Shown here: piece after piece, positions 33,367 through 41,578 of the stretch | Layout: every line of letters starts with the position of its first letter | How positions within the stretch are numbered: the first letter of the stretch is position 1 | NCBI GenBank assembly: GCA_965243205.1 | Contig: CBDEUK010000002.1 | Coordinates: 1,184,001-1,248,000, forward strand | Reading direction: 5' to 3' | Length of the DNA stretch: 64,000 nucleotides | Origin: Gammaproteobacteria bacterium | Lineage (GTDB): Bacteria > Pseudomonadota > Gammaproteobacteria > Eutrophobiales > Eutrophobiaceae | Notes under the pieces: model-generated | The model's input: the letters and a program-made list of their open reading frames with translations, nothing else | The model's database searches: none | Told to the model about the DNA's origin: nothing | Made by a program: the position numbers and the translations under genes

Positions 33367-33379
33367 TCACCGCCTTTTT
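33355..33379 (+). terminator. Intrinsic terminator overlapping the glcB stop
   Basis: aaggcggt/accgcctt followed by T-tract. Confidence 0.8.
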
Positions 33380-33559
33380 ATAGCTTATTATACATTTGCG
33401 TTAATTCTATAGTATGTAATAATCGCGCCCCATAATGACCTCGAACCTATAGAAGATTGAATAGGTTTCTCAAGTTTCTTTTTCATCCCTCAAAAAACGG
33501 CTTGATTATTGCTCTATGCGTAATCAATTGGCTACGTATGCGTTACTTATAGGAATCCC

Positions 33560-35080
33560 ATGCAAGAATTAACACCTGAAAATATAAAAACAAATTTATT
33601 AAGTGGTTTAACCGTTGCGTTAGCAATGGTACCTGAGGCTATTGCCTTTGCTTTAATCGCTCATGTATCACCTTTGACAGGACTCTATGCTGCTTTTTTA
33701 ATTTGCTTAATCACATCAGTTATCGGTGGAAGACCTGGTATGATTTCAGGTGCTGCGGGGGCATTAGCCGTGGTTATGGTGGCATTAGTTGTAGAACATG
33801 GAGTCGAATATTTATTCGCTGCGATTGTATTAATGGGTGTGTTTCAACTCATTTTTGCCGCTTGTCGGTTAGGAAAGTTTATTCGTATGGTACCCCACCC
33901 TGTCATGCTTGGGTTTGTGAATGGCTTAGCTATGGTCATTTTTCTAGCACAGTTTAATCATTTCAAAATAGAAAATGAAAATGGTATAAACCAATGGATG
34001 TCGGGTATGCCGCTTTATACCATGGCAATGTTAATAGCTATTACGATTGCTATTATTTATTTGCTACCCAAATTTACTAAAGCCATTCCATCAACCCTCG
34101 CTGCTATCTTAGTTGTTTCATTAGCTGTAATAGGTTTAGACATTGATACCAAAACCGTTGGCGACTTAGGTTCGATCGGTGGAGGCTTACCAACTTTTCA
34201 TCTTCCAGATGTTCCGTTTAATCTAGAAACCTTAAAAATTGTTTTGCCTTATTCATTGATACTCGCTGCTGTGGGATTAATCGAAACTTTATTAACCTTA
34301 AACTTGATCGATGATATGACTGACACGCGAGGAATGCCAAATACAGAGTCGATGGCACAAGGTATTGCGAATGTCGTCACAGGATTATTTGGTGGCATGG
34401 GCGGTTGTGCGATGATTGGTCAAAGTATGATTAATATTAACAACGGCGCCTTACATCGTTTATCAGGAATCGCTACCGCTGTATTTCTTTTATCATTTAT
34501 TTTATTCGCATCAACCTGGATTGAGATGATTCCATTAGCAGCATTAATTGGTGTGATGTTTGTTGTTGCAGAAAAAACATTTGAATGGGGAAGTTTTCGT
34601 TTATTCGGTCGCGTTCCTAAACCCGATATCGTTGTTGGTTTATTAGTCGCAATTATTACTGTGTTTGCAGACTTAGCGATTGCCGTGATCGTTGGTGTTA
34701 TCTTCTCAGCCTTAGTGTTTGCATGGGAACATGCCAAGCAAATCAATGTTAAATCATCAACTGATGGCAAAGGCTGGAAAAACTATGAACTGAATGGTTC
34801 TTTATTCTTTGCCTCAGTAACGGAGTTTCAAAGTTTATTCACTCCGAAAGAAGATCCAAACGATGTCGTCATTGATTTTCAAAATGCCAAGGTAATGGAT
34901 CACTCAGCGTTAGAAGCCATTGATAACTTAGCAGCAAAATATATTGAACTCGGTAAAAGTTTGCACCTAAAACATCTCAGTGCTGATTGTTTAGAATTAT
35001 TGGATAAAGCCAAAGGCATGATCGAAATAAATGTGTTAGAAGATCCTAAGTATCATATAGCGGATGATAAGTTAGGTTAA
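33560..35080 (+). CDS. SulP-family inorganic anion transporter with STAS domain
   Basis: LSGLTVALAMVPEAIAFA, GGRPGMISGAAG, GGCAMIGQS, C-terminal GSLFFAS..D.SALEA. Confidence 0.95.
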   Translation: MQELTPENIKTNLLSGLTVALAMVPEAIAFALIAHVSPLTGLYAAFLICLITSVIGGRPGMISGAAGALAVVMVALVVEHGVEYLFAAIVLMGVFQLIFAACRLGKFIRMVPHPVMLGFVNGLAMVIFLAQFNHFKIENENGINQWMSGMPLYTMAMLIAITIAIIYLLPKFTKAIPSTLAAILVVSLAVIGLDIDTKTVGDLGSIGGGLPTFHLPDVPFNLETLKIVLPYSLILAAVGLIETLLTLNLIDDMTDTRGMPNTESMAQGIANVVTGLFGGMGGCAMIGQSMININNGALHRLSGIATAVFLLSFILFASTWIEMIPLAALIGVMFVVAEKTFEWGSFRLFGRVPKPDIVVGLLVAIITVFADLAIAVIVGVIFSALVFAWEHAKQINVKSSTDGKGWKNYELNGSLFFASVTEFQSLFTPKEDPNDVVIDFQNAKVMDHSALEAIDNLAAKYIELGKSLHLKHLSADCLELLDKAKGMIEINVLEDPKYHIADDKLG

Positions 35081-35155
35081 AATATCAATTGAATATAGAT
35101 TTCAATTATATACTTACTATAATATAACTACATTTTTAAAACAGGAGGTTACAAA

Positions 35156-35227
35156 ATGCCAAAACTAACTAATTACATTATACGTAACTTATTCCTTCTA
35201 ATATTCTCATATAACGCATTGTCATAG
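35156..35227 (+). pseudogene. 23-codon signal-peptide-like ORF, probably a truncated exported-protein gene
   Basis: SD AGGAGG at 35143-35148; MPKLTNYIIRNLFLLIFSYNALS*; TATAAT at 35118-35123; inverted repeat aattgaa-N7-ttcaatt at 35087-35107. Confidence 0.5.
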
Positions 35228-35233
35228 CTAAAT

Positions 35234-35710
35234 ATGAGTGAATATTTTCATTACATTAATCATTCCAAAAAACAACGTTTTAGCATTGGTGAATTTGGAA
35301 ATTCGGATAAATTTTCTGGAATTGGATATGGTCTAAGCGCTAGAGCATTTGCACTTTTATTAACGGAATCAAATGACCATGATATTAAAATGAAAGATAC
35401 GTTGTTTGGAAGCTGGATTGGTGATGAAATTCAATGTATAGGTGATCATGGCAACATACAAGATAAATATTTTGGCTATGATGAAATCATATTTGAAATT
35501 GTGACCATGTTGATATCTGCTGGAGATTTAGAAGAAATTATTGAAGCATCAAAATTGGATAATGGGCTTTTTTCAAAACTTTGTGAATATGTATTTATGT
35601 CAAATGATAATGTCCTTGAAAACTATATTTGTAAAGCGCATGGTTTAACTTGGAAGAAAAAATATAAGGAGTTAACACCGAATTATATAAAAAATAATAA
35701 CGAGTATTAA
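35234..35710 (+). CDS. Hypothetical protein (cassette-like)
   Basis: 158 aa ORF, AT-rich, with GSWIGDEIQCIGD motif. Confidence 0.75.
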   Translation: MSEYFHYINHSKKQRFSIGEFGNSDKFSGIGYGLSARAFALLLTESNDHDIKMKDTLFGSWIGDEIQCIGDHGNIQDKYFGYDEIIFEIVTMLISAGDLEEIIEASKLDNGLFSKLCEYVFMSNDNVLENYICKAHGLTWKKKYKELTPNYIKNNNEY

Positions 35711-35715
35711 ATGCT

Positions 35716-35853
35716 ATAACTGTTTAATACAGTCGATTTTAGTATGATCAGCTGAATTTAAACTTTATAACTATAAATACATATGGATTACTTATATCAA
35801 AGAGCTAATGTACCTAATGCAATATTATGTTCCAATAAATTGCGAAATTAGGC
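35716..35853 (+). mobile_element. Eroded attC-like remnant
   Basis: Left end cTATAAC-tgttt-aatacagtcga; right end ttgcgaaATTAGGC (degenerate GTTAGGC) just before the next ATG. Confidence 0.35.
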
Positions 35854-35865
35854 AGAAGAAACATC

Positions 35866-36216
35866 ATGAAAGATTTCACACTAGAACCAATTTCAGATAT
35901 TGAAGTGTTTTTAACTCAATTTTTTACAAACGGTATGTTTATTTTATACGCCTTATCAGTAATTATATTTTTAGTAGCTTGTTTTATTCTTATTTTCAAA
36001 AGCCAAGCTAATGGAAGATACTTAATGCTATATGGTCTTTTAATTTATATAGTATCTAGTATTATTTGGTTCTTAAAATATCCACCTAATAATATTACTG
36101 ATTATAATGAATCAGTTGTATTACCTCTGCCTATGTATATGTTTATGATTTCATTATCCATATTTGTATTTATTATAGGTTTTTTACGATTTGTACTTTG
36201 GGCAATAAGACGCTAG
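35866..36216 (+). CDS. Hypothetical membrane protein (3 TM)
   Basis: Three hydrophobic segments. Confidence 0.7.
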   Translation: MKDFTLEPISDIEVFLTQFFTNGMFILYALSVIIFLVACFILIFKSQANGRYLMLYGLLIYIVSSIIWFLKYPPNNITDYNESVVLPLPMYMFMISLSIFVFIIGFLRFVLWAIRR

Positions 36217-36225
36217 TTATTCACA

Positions 36226-36657
36226 ATGTTGAAAATTGGATGTTCAATAATAAGTCTATGGGCCGTGTTAAATTTGTTAGCATCCCTAATTCTTGTGTTA
36301 ATTCCAGTGCTGGGTTTGGGCGAGTCTGCTCCAGCATTGTTAGAGTCTCTTTCCACTGCCACAATAAAAAATATAGACCCAAAAGTTTTATCTAATGCTA
36401 ATTCAATTGCAGTCTATGCAAATACACTGAATATTGCTGCTTCAATATCGATACTCTTTATTGTGTGGTTTGGTGTTTATAATAAAAAAAAGTGGTCGCT
36501 AGCTGCATTATTTTTAATATTAAGTTTAATGCTAAGCGCTGGTTTTTTTTCTGATTATGTATCTAAGCATGATCATATATTCATTAATATAGTATCTGGT
36601 ACAATAATATTTATTGGATTGCTATTTTCAATCTTAGGTATTTACAAACCAAAATGA
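36226..36657 (+). CDS. Hypothetical membrane protein (4 TM)
   Basis: Four hydrophobic segments. Confidence 0.72.
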   Translation: MLKIGCSIISLWAVLNLLASLILVLIPVLGLGESAPALLESLSTATIKNIDPKVLSNANSIAVYANTLNIAASISILFIVWFGVYNKKKWSLAALFLILSLMLSAGFFSDYVSKHDHIFINIVSGTIIFIGLLFSILGIYKPK

Positions 36658-37586
36658 ATAACAATTATTCTATTCCAAAGTTAATATGGTGGTTTCAATT
36701 CAATCTCTATAGTAATAAGACAATATGTAATTTAAAATTTTTTTATTGTTTTTTGATTTTATGTACCTTAACTGGCTGTTCTGCTTTCAGACCATTAGAT
36801 AATGATTCTCCAGTTCGTGAAGATTTCAAGATCCTTCAAGAAGATAGCCGTATTTTATACAAGCCATCTGCTATCCAGAATGCTCGAACTTTAATCCAAT
36901 ATATTGACTCTTCAATTTCGGCTGTAGAACAAGTACATGGCGAAAAGTTTTCTAAACAAGTAATTATTCATGTTTGTGATACCGAAGAGTGTTTTCAACA
37001 ATATACTCATAATCATTCCACAATTGCAGCAGCTGTTAGCGAAAATGGTTTATTTTTGTCGCCTAGAGCATTTCGAGAAAACCAACAGCAGTACTTCTTA
37101 ACTCATGAACTATCACACCTTCATTTGTTTCAACAGATTTCTTTATTACGTACTTGGTATATCCCACAATGGTTTCATGAAGGACTCGCAACTATGGCTG
37201 CAGATGGTGGTGGCGGACATAAAGTAAGTAAAAAAGATGCCATTGAATACATTCAATCAGGAAAACATTTTATACCAATTCATTCTTCTGGCTTATTTGG
37301 TGAAGGAGGAGCATTTAGTAATCGATGGCCGTTAAACTATACTGCTCCAAACGATGATAAATTTCTGCAAAATATGAATTATCGGCAAGCATCGCTATTC
37401 TTAGAATATTTGTCTAAAGATAATCAGATTCAAAATGTTCTGAGAGACATTGAAAAAGGCGAAAGTTTTGAGCGCGCTTTTTTTAAAGCCTTTGATAAAA
37501 AACCAAATGAGGTATGGGATAAGTTTATACAACAATTAAACTCTAACAAGAACATTAAAAATCATTTAAAAAATGATGCAGGTTAG
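36654..37586 (+). CDS. Gluzincin-type metallopeptidase lipoprotein (peptidase MA-like; start uncertain)
   Basis: LTGC lipobox, THELSH, PQWFHEGLA. Confidence 0.8.
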   Translation: MNNNYSIPKLIWWFQFNLYSNKTICNLKFFYCFLILCTLTGCSAFRPLDNDSPVREDFKILQEDSRILYKPSAIQNARTLIQYIDSSISAVEQVHGEKFSKQVIIHVCDTEECFQQYTHNHSTIAAAVSENGLFLSPRAFRENQQQYFLTHELSHLHLFQQISLLRTWYIPQWFHEGLATMAADGGGGHKVSKKDAIEYIQSGKHFIPIHSSGLFGEGGAFSNRWPLNYTAPNDDKFLQNMNYRQASLFLEYLSKDNQIQNVLRDIEKGESFERAFFKAFDKKPNEVWDKFIQQLNSNKNIKNHLKNDAG

Positions 37587-37588
37587 AT
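37541..37588 (+). mobile_element. Shortened attC-like remnant
   Basis: CTCTAAC-aagaa-cattaaaa ... tgatg-cag-GTTAGAT; the two core sites are complementary at 6 of 7 positions. Confidence 0.45.
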
Positions 37589-37640
37589 TTATAAAATATT
37601 ACTTACATTTATATCGTAGCCTTAAGGAAATATTAAATAA

Positions 37641-38021
37641 ATGAACAAGATATTACTAATATTAATTTTAACTACATTGTCTAGTTGTGCTTCTATAAAC
37701 ACACCAAGTTCTTCTCTTATAGATAAAGTATCTGTTGTAACAGTTGGTGAAACTTCTGGTGTGCAAGAAGAGCATATTGTTTTCATTCCAGCAAATACTG
37801 AATTTCCTATCCAGTTTTCCCTAAAAGGTAATATTTTCAACAAAGATTTATCATCCACGGTAATGGCTAGTTTCAAAAAAGATCTCTATCTATATAAATA
37901 TTGGGCAAGTCTGGATGGTAAAAATTGGGTAAATTCACATCAGTTAATAGATGTTAAACCATCAGGAGGATTTGATAAATCAGGTGGTAAAGTCGAAGTT
38001 CAATTAGATTTAGCTCAATAA
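37641..38021 (+). CDS. Hypothetical lipoprotein
   Basis: Lipobox LSSC. Confidence 0.78.
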   Translation: MNKILLILILTTLSSCASINTPSSSLIDKVSVVTVGETSGVQEEHIVFIPANTEFPIQFSLKGNIFNKDLSSTVMASFKKDLYLYKYWASLDGKNWVNSHQLIDVKPSGGFDKSGGKVEVQLDLAQ

Positions 38022-38029
38022 ATGAAGCT

Positions 38030-38383
38030 ATGATGAGTATATTGCTAATATTTCTAATAGCATTTATTATTTTTAGTTCTTTTGTAATTGCGTCTTATCC
38101 TTTTTTAAAATGGTCAGGTGTAAAAACTAATCTATGGAGTAGATCTTTGAAGTTTGGTGCGGCTATTTCAGGAATTTGGCTCTTAACCCAAATCCCATTC
38201 AAAATTATTTTCGGCGGTTTTTTTGGACTAATTTTTGGCTTTTTAGCAACTTATTTTTACATCAAGGCTAAACTTGATTTAACATCAGGTAAAAATCTTA
38301 TAATTGTTTTTTTGTTACCAATTTTAGCGGGGATTATTGCAACTCCGTTATTAATAACAGTGTTTAAAAAATTTTCAACATAA
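38030..38383 (+). CDS. Hypothetical membrane protein (about 4 TM)
   Basis: Hydrophobic profile; stop codon lies inside ACATAAC. Confidence 0.72.
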   Translation: MMSILLIFLIAFIIFSSFVIASYPFLKWSGVKTNLWSRSLKFGAAISGIWLLTQIPFKIIFGGFFGLIFGFLATYFYIKAKLDLTSGKNLIIVFLLPILAGIIATPLLITVFKKFST

Positions 38384-38401
38384 CCAGTCATTCCAGTCAA
38401 C
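38378..38401 (+). mobile_element. Left arm of an attC-like site (right arm missing)
   Basis: ACATAAC-cagtc-attccagtcaac, with the TAA stop in the inverse core position. Confidence 0.55.
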
Positions 38402-38424
38402 TTCCTATGTCTACTTAATTTAAT

Positions 38425-38922
38425 ATGAATGATGAAATAATAGCATGGGACGGCAAGTCTACTGATGATATTAGTTCAGTGTATGAAAAGTATCATAGCA
38501 AACCTAACTTTATAGATAATATTCTCTCTCAAATACATGATGTATCTATCCAGAAAGGTGGTACATGGTTGTTGAAAAAATGGTTAGAGTCAGGAAATAA
38601 GCTTAAAGTTGAACATATAAAAATAATATATGATTCACTACATGTATTGGAGCATTGGGAATCTAAACTTCATGTACTACAAATTTTACAATATATGCCT
38701 ATAGATAGCGTTCAAAAAACCAAAGTAGAATCATTTCTTAGAATAACATTAACAGATGATAATAAATTTATAAGGGCTTGGTCTTATAATGGGTTTTATG
38801 AGCTAGCTTCTCAACATCCAGAATACATGGAAGAGGTTAAACAATTTTTCGAGATTGCGTTACAAGATGAAGCCGCTTCTGTAAAAGCTAGAATTCGGAA
38901 TATAATAAAAAAAGGTTTTTAG
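38425..38922 (+). CDS. Hypothetical HEAT-repeat-like protein
   Basis: NKFIRAWSYNG..LA..., DEAASVKARIR helical-repeat pattern. Confidence 0.75.
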   Translation: MNDEIIAWDGKSTDDISSVYEKYHSKPNFIDNILSQIHDVSIQKGGTWLLKKWLESGNKLKVEHIKIIYDSLHVLEHWESKLHVLQILQYMPIDSVQKTKVESFLRITLTDDNKFIRAWSYNGFYELASQHPEYMEEVKQFFEIALQDEAASVKARIRNIIKKGF

Positions 38923-39037
38923 AAAAAATATATAAAGGCGAAGATTTTATGACTGCTTTTAATATAAATAAAACTATCATCACATTACAAAAAGCAAGTC
39001 ACTAATTACAACTTTATTCCGATAGTTAAAATTAATA

Positions 39038-40816
39038 TTAATTAATAATTTGTTGTTTAATATCGACGATCATATCCAGCAACTCTTCTAGAGTATTATC
39101 ATCAATACCATGACTGGATAATACTGAAACAAAATGTTGCACTAAAATTTTCCAGTCTTGTTCATCTATCTGCATATCATTATGCACTTCATTCATCTTC
39201 CTGCCAGTATATTTGTAAGGCCCTCCACTCATATCGCATATGTAATCAACCAAGTATTTTTTTTCCATTCTTATGCTATCTATTCCTCTATTTTGCCAAT
39301 GTCTACCTAATTGAGGATCTGAGCGTAATTTAGCTAATAAATCATCAATGAACTGTGTGATTTTAGTAATCCCACCAATTTTAGAATAAAGCGAATTTTT
39401 TTCTGGCTTTGAAATATTTAAAGATTTTATTCTTGAACTTAACGTTGACGAATTCATTCCTAGAAGCTTGGCTGCTCCATTTTCACCTGAAACACGCCAT
39501 GCCGTTCTTTCTAATGCATTAATAATATTATTTCGTTCAATTTGTTTAAGAATGATATCTGGAATAATCGTTTGTTTGTTTGAGTGGCTGATTCCATTAA
39601 AGTCAGTGCTAATTTGTTTCAGTGCTTGTTGAGGTAAAGCAAGATCAATTCTTAAGTGACCGTCGGATAAAATCACAGCTCTCTCAATCACATTTTTTAA
39701 TTCACGAATATTGCCAGGCCAGTCATAGTCTTGAAGCATGTTCAATTGCTCTTCAGTAAAACTTCCTATTTGTTTATCAAACTCTGTTTTTGCTATTTCA
39801 ACAAAATACTGTGCAAGCGGAACAATATCATCTTTTCTTTTCCTAAGAGGTGGCACCGTAATTGGAAACACACTAAGTCGATAGTAAAGATCCTCACGAA
39901 AACTCCCTTGTTCCACTTCGTGTTCTAAGTCACGGTTAGTCGCAGCAATAATACGAACATTAACTTCACGCGTTACGTTTTCCCCTACACGTTCAAATGA
40001 TTTTTGTTGAATTGAACGAAGTAATTTACTTTGTAAATCAATTGGAATTTCGCCGACTTCATCTAAAAACAAGGTTCCATTATGCGCAAGTTCAAAACGT
40101 CCGATTCTATCTTGAACTGCACCTGAAAAAGCACCTTTAACATGTCCAAAAAATTCACTTTCAAATAGTTCAGAAGGGATGGATGCGCAATTAACCGTTA
40201 TTAACGGCGCTTCTTTTCGATTACTCTTTTCATGGATAAGCCGTGCTACCATCTCTTTACCAGAACCTGACTCTCCTACAATGAGTACAGATGCATCTGT
40301 ATTAGCAACGGATTTAATCCTTTCAACCATTTGTAATAATGCAGGACTAGCACCGACCATGTCTCCAACATCTCGAATCTGTAACTTTTCTTCCCTTAAA
40401 TAATTTCGCTCCATGACCAGTTTTGAATTTAATTTGTCCAGTTCCTTTAAAGCACTTTCTTTTTCTTTTACATTTTCATAATACTTAGACACATTAATAA
40501 TGGTCCAAAGAATATCAAAATCATTTTTATGTTTATTTATGACACGTGTGTAAGCCAATAATCTTGAGGTTATATCTTGGAAATTAAATTTAAGTTCGAT
40601 TTGTCCTTGATTTAAAGAGCGTTCGTTTTTTAAAAATAATTCTAATTTCTTTAACGGCTTGAAGTGTTCAGTCATATTAGAAGCCATTAATTGTTCTGAA
40701 TCTGCATTCAATTGCTCTATGAACATATGATTAGAATTTTTAATCACACCTTTGCTATCAGTCACACAAATCATAATCGGCAGTGAATTTATATCTATCG
40801 GCTGCATATCTTTCAT
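39038..40816 (-). CDS. Sigma-54-dependent activator (PAS-AAA+-HTH) with a C-terminal group I truncated haemoglobin domain
   Basis: GESGSGKE, GAFSGA, LFLDEVGE, FREDLYYRL, WPGNIREL, HTH GAAKLLG..STL.SRI, then SLYSKIGG...GGPYKYTGRKMNEVH (39038-39394). Confidence 0.9.
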   Translation of the reverse strand: MKDMQPIDINSLPIMICVTDSKGVIKNSNHMFIEQLNADSEQLMASNMTEHFKPLKKLELFLKNERSLNQGQIELKFNFQDITSRLLAYTRVINKHKNDFDILWTIINVSKYYENVKEKESALKELDKLNSKLVMERNYLREEKLQIRDVGDMVGASPALLQMVERIKSVANTDASVLIVGESGSGKEMVARLIHEKSNRKEAPLITVNCASIPSELFESEFFGHVKGAFSGAVQDRIGRFELAHNGTLFLDEVGEIPIDLQSKLLRSIQQKSFERVGENVTREVNVRIIAATNRDLEHEVEQGSFREDLYYRLSVFPITVPPLRKRKDDIVPLAQYFVEIAKTEFDKQIGSFTEEQLNMLQDYDWPGNIRELKNVIERAVILSDGHLRIDLALPQQALKQISTDFNGISHSNKQTIIPDIILKQIERNNIINALERTAWRVSGENGAAKLLGMNSSTLSSRIKSLNISKPEKNSLYSKIGGITKITQFIDDLLAKLRSDPQLGRHWQNRGIDSIRMEKKYLVDYICDMSGGPYKYTGRKMNEVHNDMQIDEQDWKILVQHFVSVLSSHGIDDNTLEELLDMIVDIKQQIIN

Positions 40817-41022
40817 ATTTGTTTTATGTCTTTTTTAATAAATTATCTAATTATAGTCATTATTTTTAATAAATTTTTTTATTAAAAATGGCAAAAAATA
40901 CTATTAAAAATACAGAAATATTAAATATTTTGTTAAATCTAATGAAAAATATATTTCTGATTTAATAAGCAAATAATCTATAAAGCATTGAATTATATAT
41001 ATTAATTTCAAAAAAACTGGCC

Positions 41023-41038
41023 TGGCATACAGTCTGCA
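41023..41038 (+). promoter_or_regulatory. Sigma-54 -24/-12 promoter of the cupin-globin operon
   Basis: TGGCATACAGTCTGCA (GG-N10-GC) ending 46 bp upstream of the cupin ATG; IHF-like ATTCAAtgctTTA on the minus strand at about 40981-40993. Confidence 0.85.
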
Positions 41039-41084
41039 AAATGATCAATGCAATTATTGATAGATAATATTGGAGAAAGTAATT

Positions 41085-41555
41085 ATGAAAAAAATTCAAA
41101 AATTTATTTTTTGTTTATTAGCGTTAGGTATTGTGAATGCCTACGCTCATGAAATGGGTTCAAATATAAAACCCATTGCATTAGGAGCTGATCAAACCAT
41201 TATTGATTTTGACAAAATAGTTTGGTCGCCGCTCGAAGTTGATGGCCTTGATAAAGGCGCTGAGATTGCGGTTATTCGTGGTGACTTAAGCAAAGACGGT
41301 AGTGAAGTTATCATAAAAACGCCTGCTGGCTATTATGTAAACATGCATTCCCATACCAGTGATGAAACCTATATTTGGCTTCATGGTGCTTATACACTGA
41401 TTAGCGAAAATGGTAAGAAACATAAATTCCCCAGTGGCAAAGGCTATATTAGTTTTCCTGGAAATGCTCCTAAACATGCTTTGACATGTGATGCAAAAGA
41501 CTACTGCTTGTTGTACGTAAAATGGTCTAGACCTTTCGACATCATATATGACTAA
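41085..41555 (+). CDS. Exported metal-binding cupin (DUF4437-like)
   Basis: Signal peptide ending AYA; motif 1 PAGY...HSHTSDE......G; motif 2 G.....PGNAPKH; ATG 41085 with SD GGAG. Confidence 0.8.
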   Translation: MKKIQKFIFCLLALGIVNAYAHEMGSNIKPIALGADQTIIDFDKIVWSPLEVDGLDKGAEIAVIRGDLSKDGSEVIIKTPAGYYVNMHSHTSDETYIWLHGAYTLISENGKKHKFPSGKGYISFPGNAPKHALTCDAKDYCLLYVKWSRPFDIIYD

Positions 41556-41578
41556 GAAAATGACAAGGAATAGATAAT

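Noticed and set aside
35071-35077. GTTAGGT at the end of sulP as an attI or core site
   Set aside because: It is explained by the last codons of sulP, and no integrase or attI structure is adjacent
40119-40136. GAFSGA instead of GAFTGA as a sign of an inactive activator
   Set aside because: GAFSGA is a frequent natural variant, the other AAA+ motifs are intact, and a cognate -24/-12 promoter is adjacent
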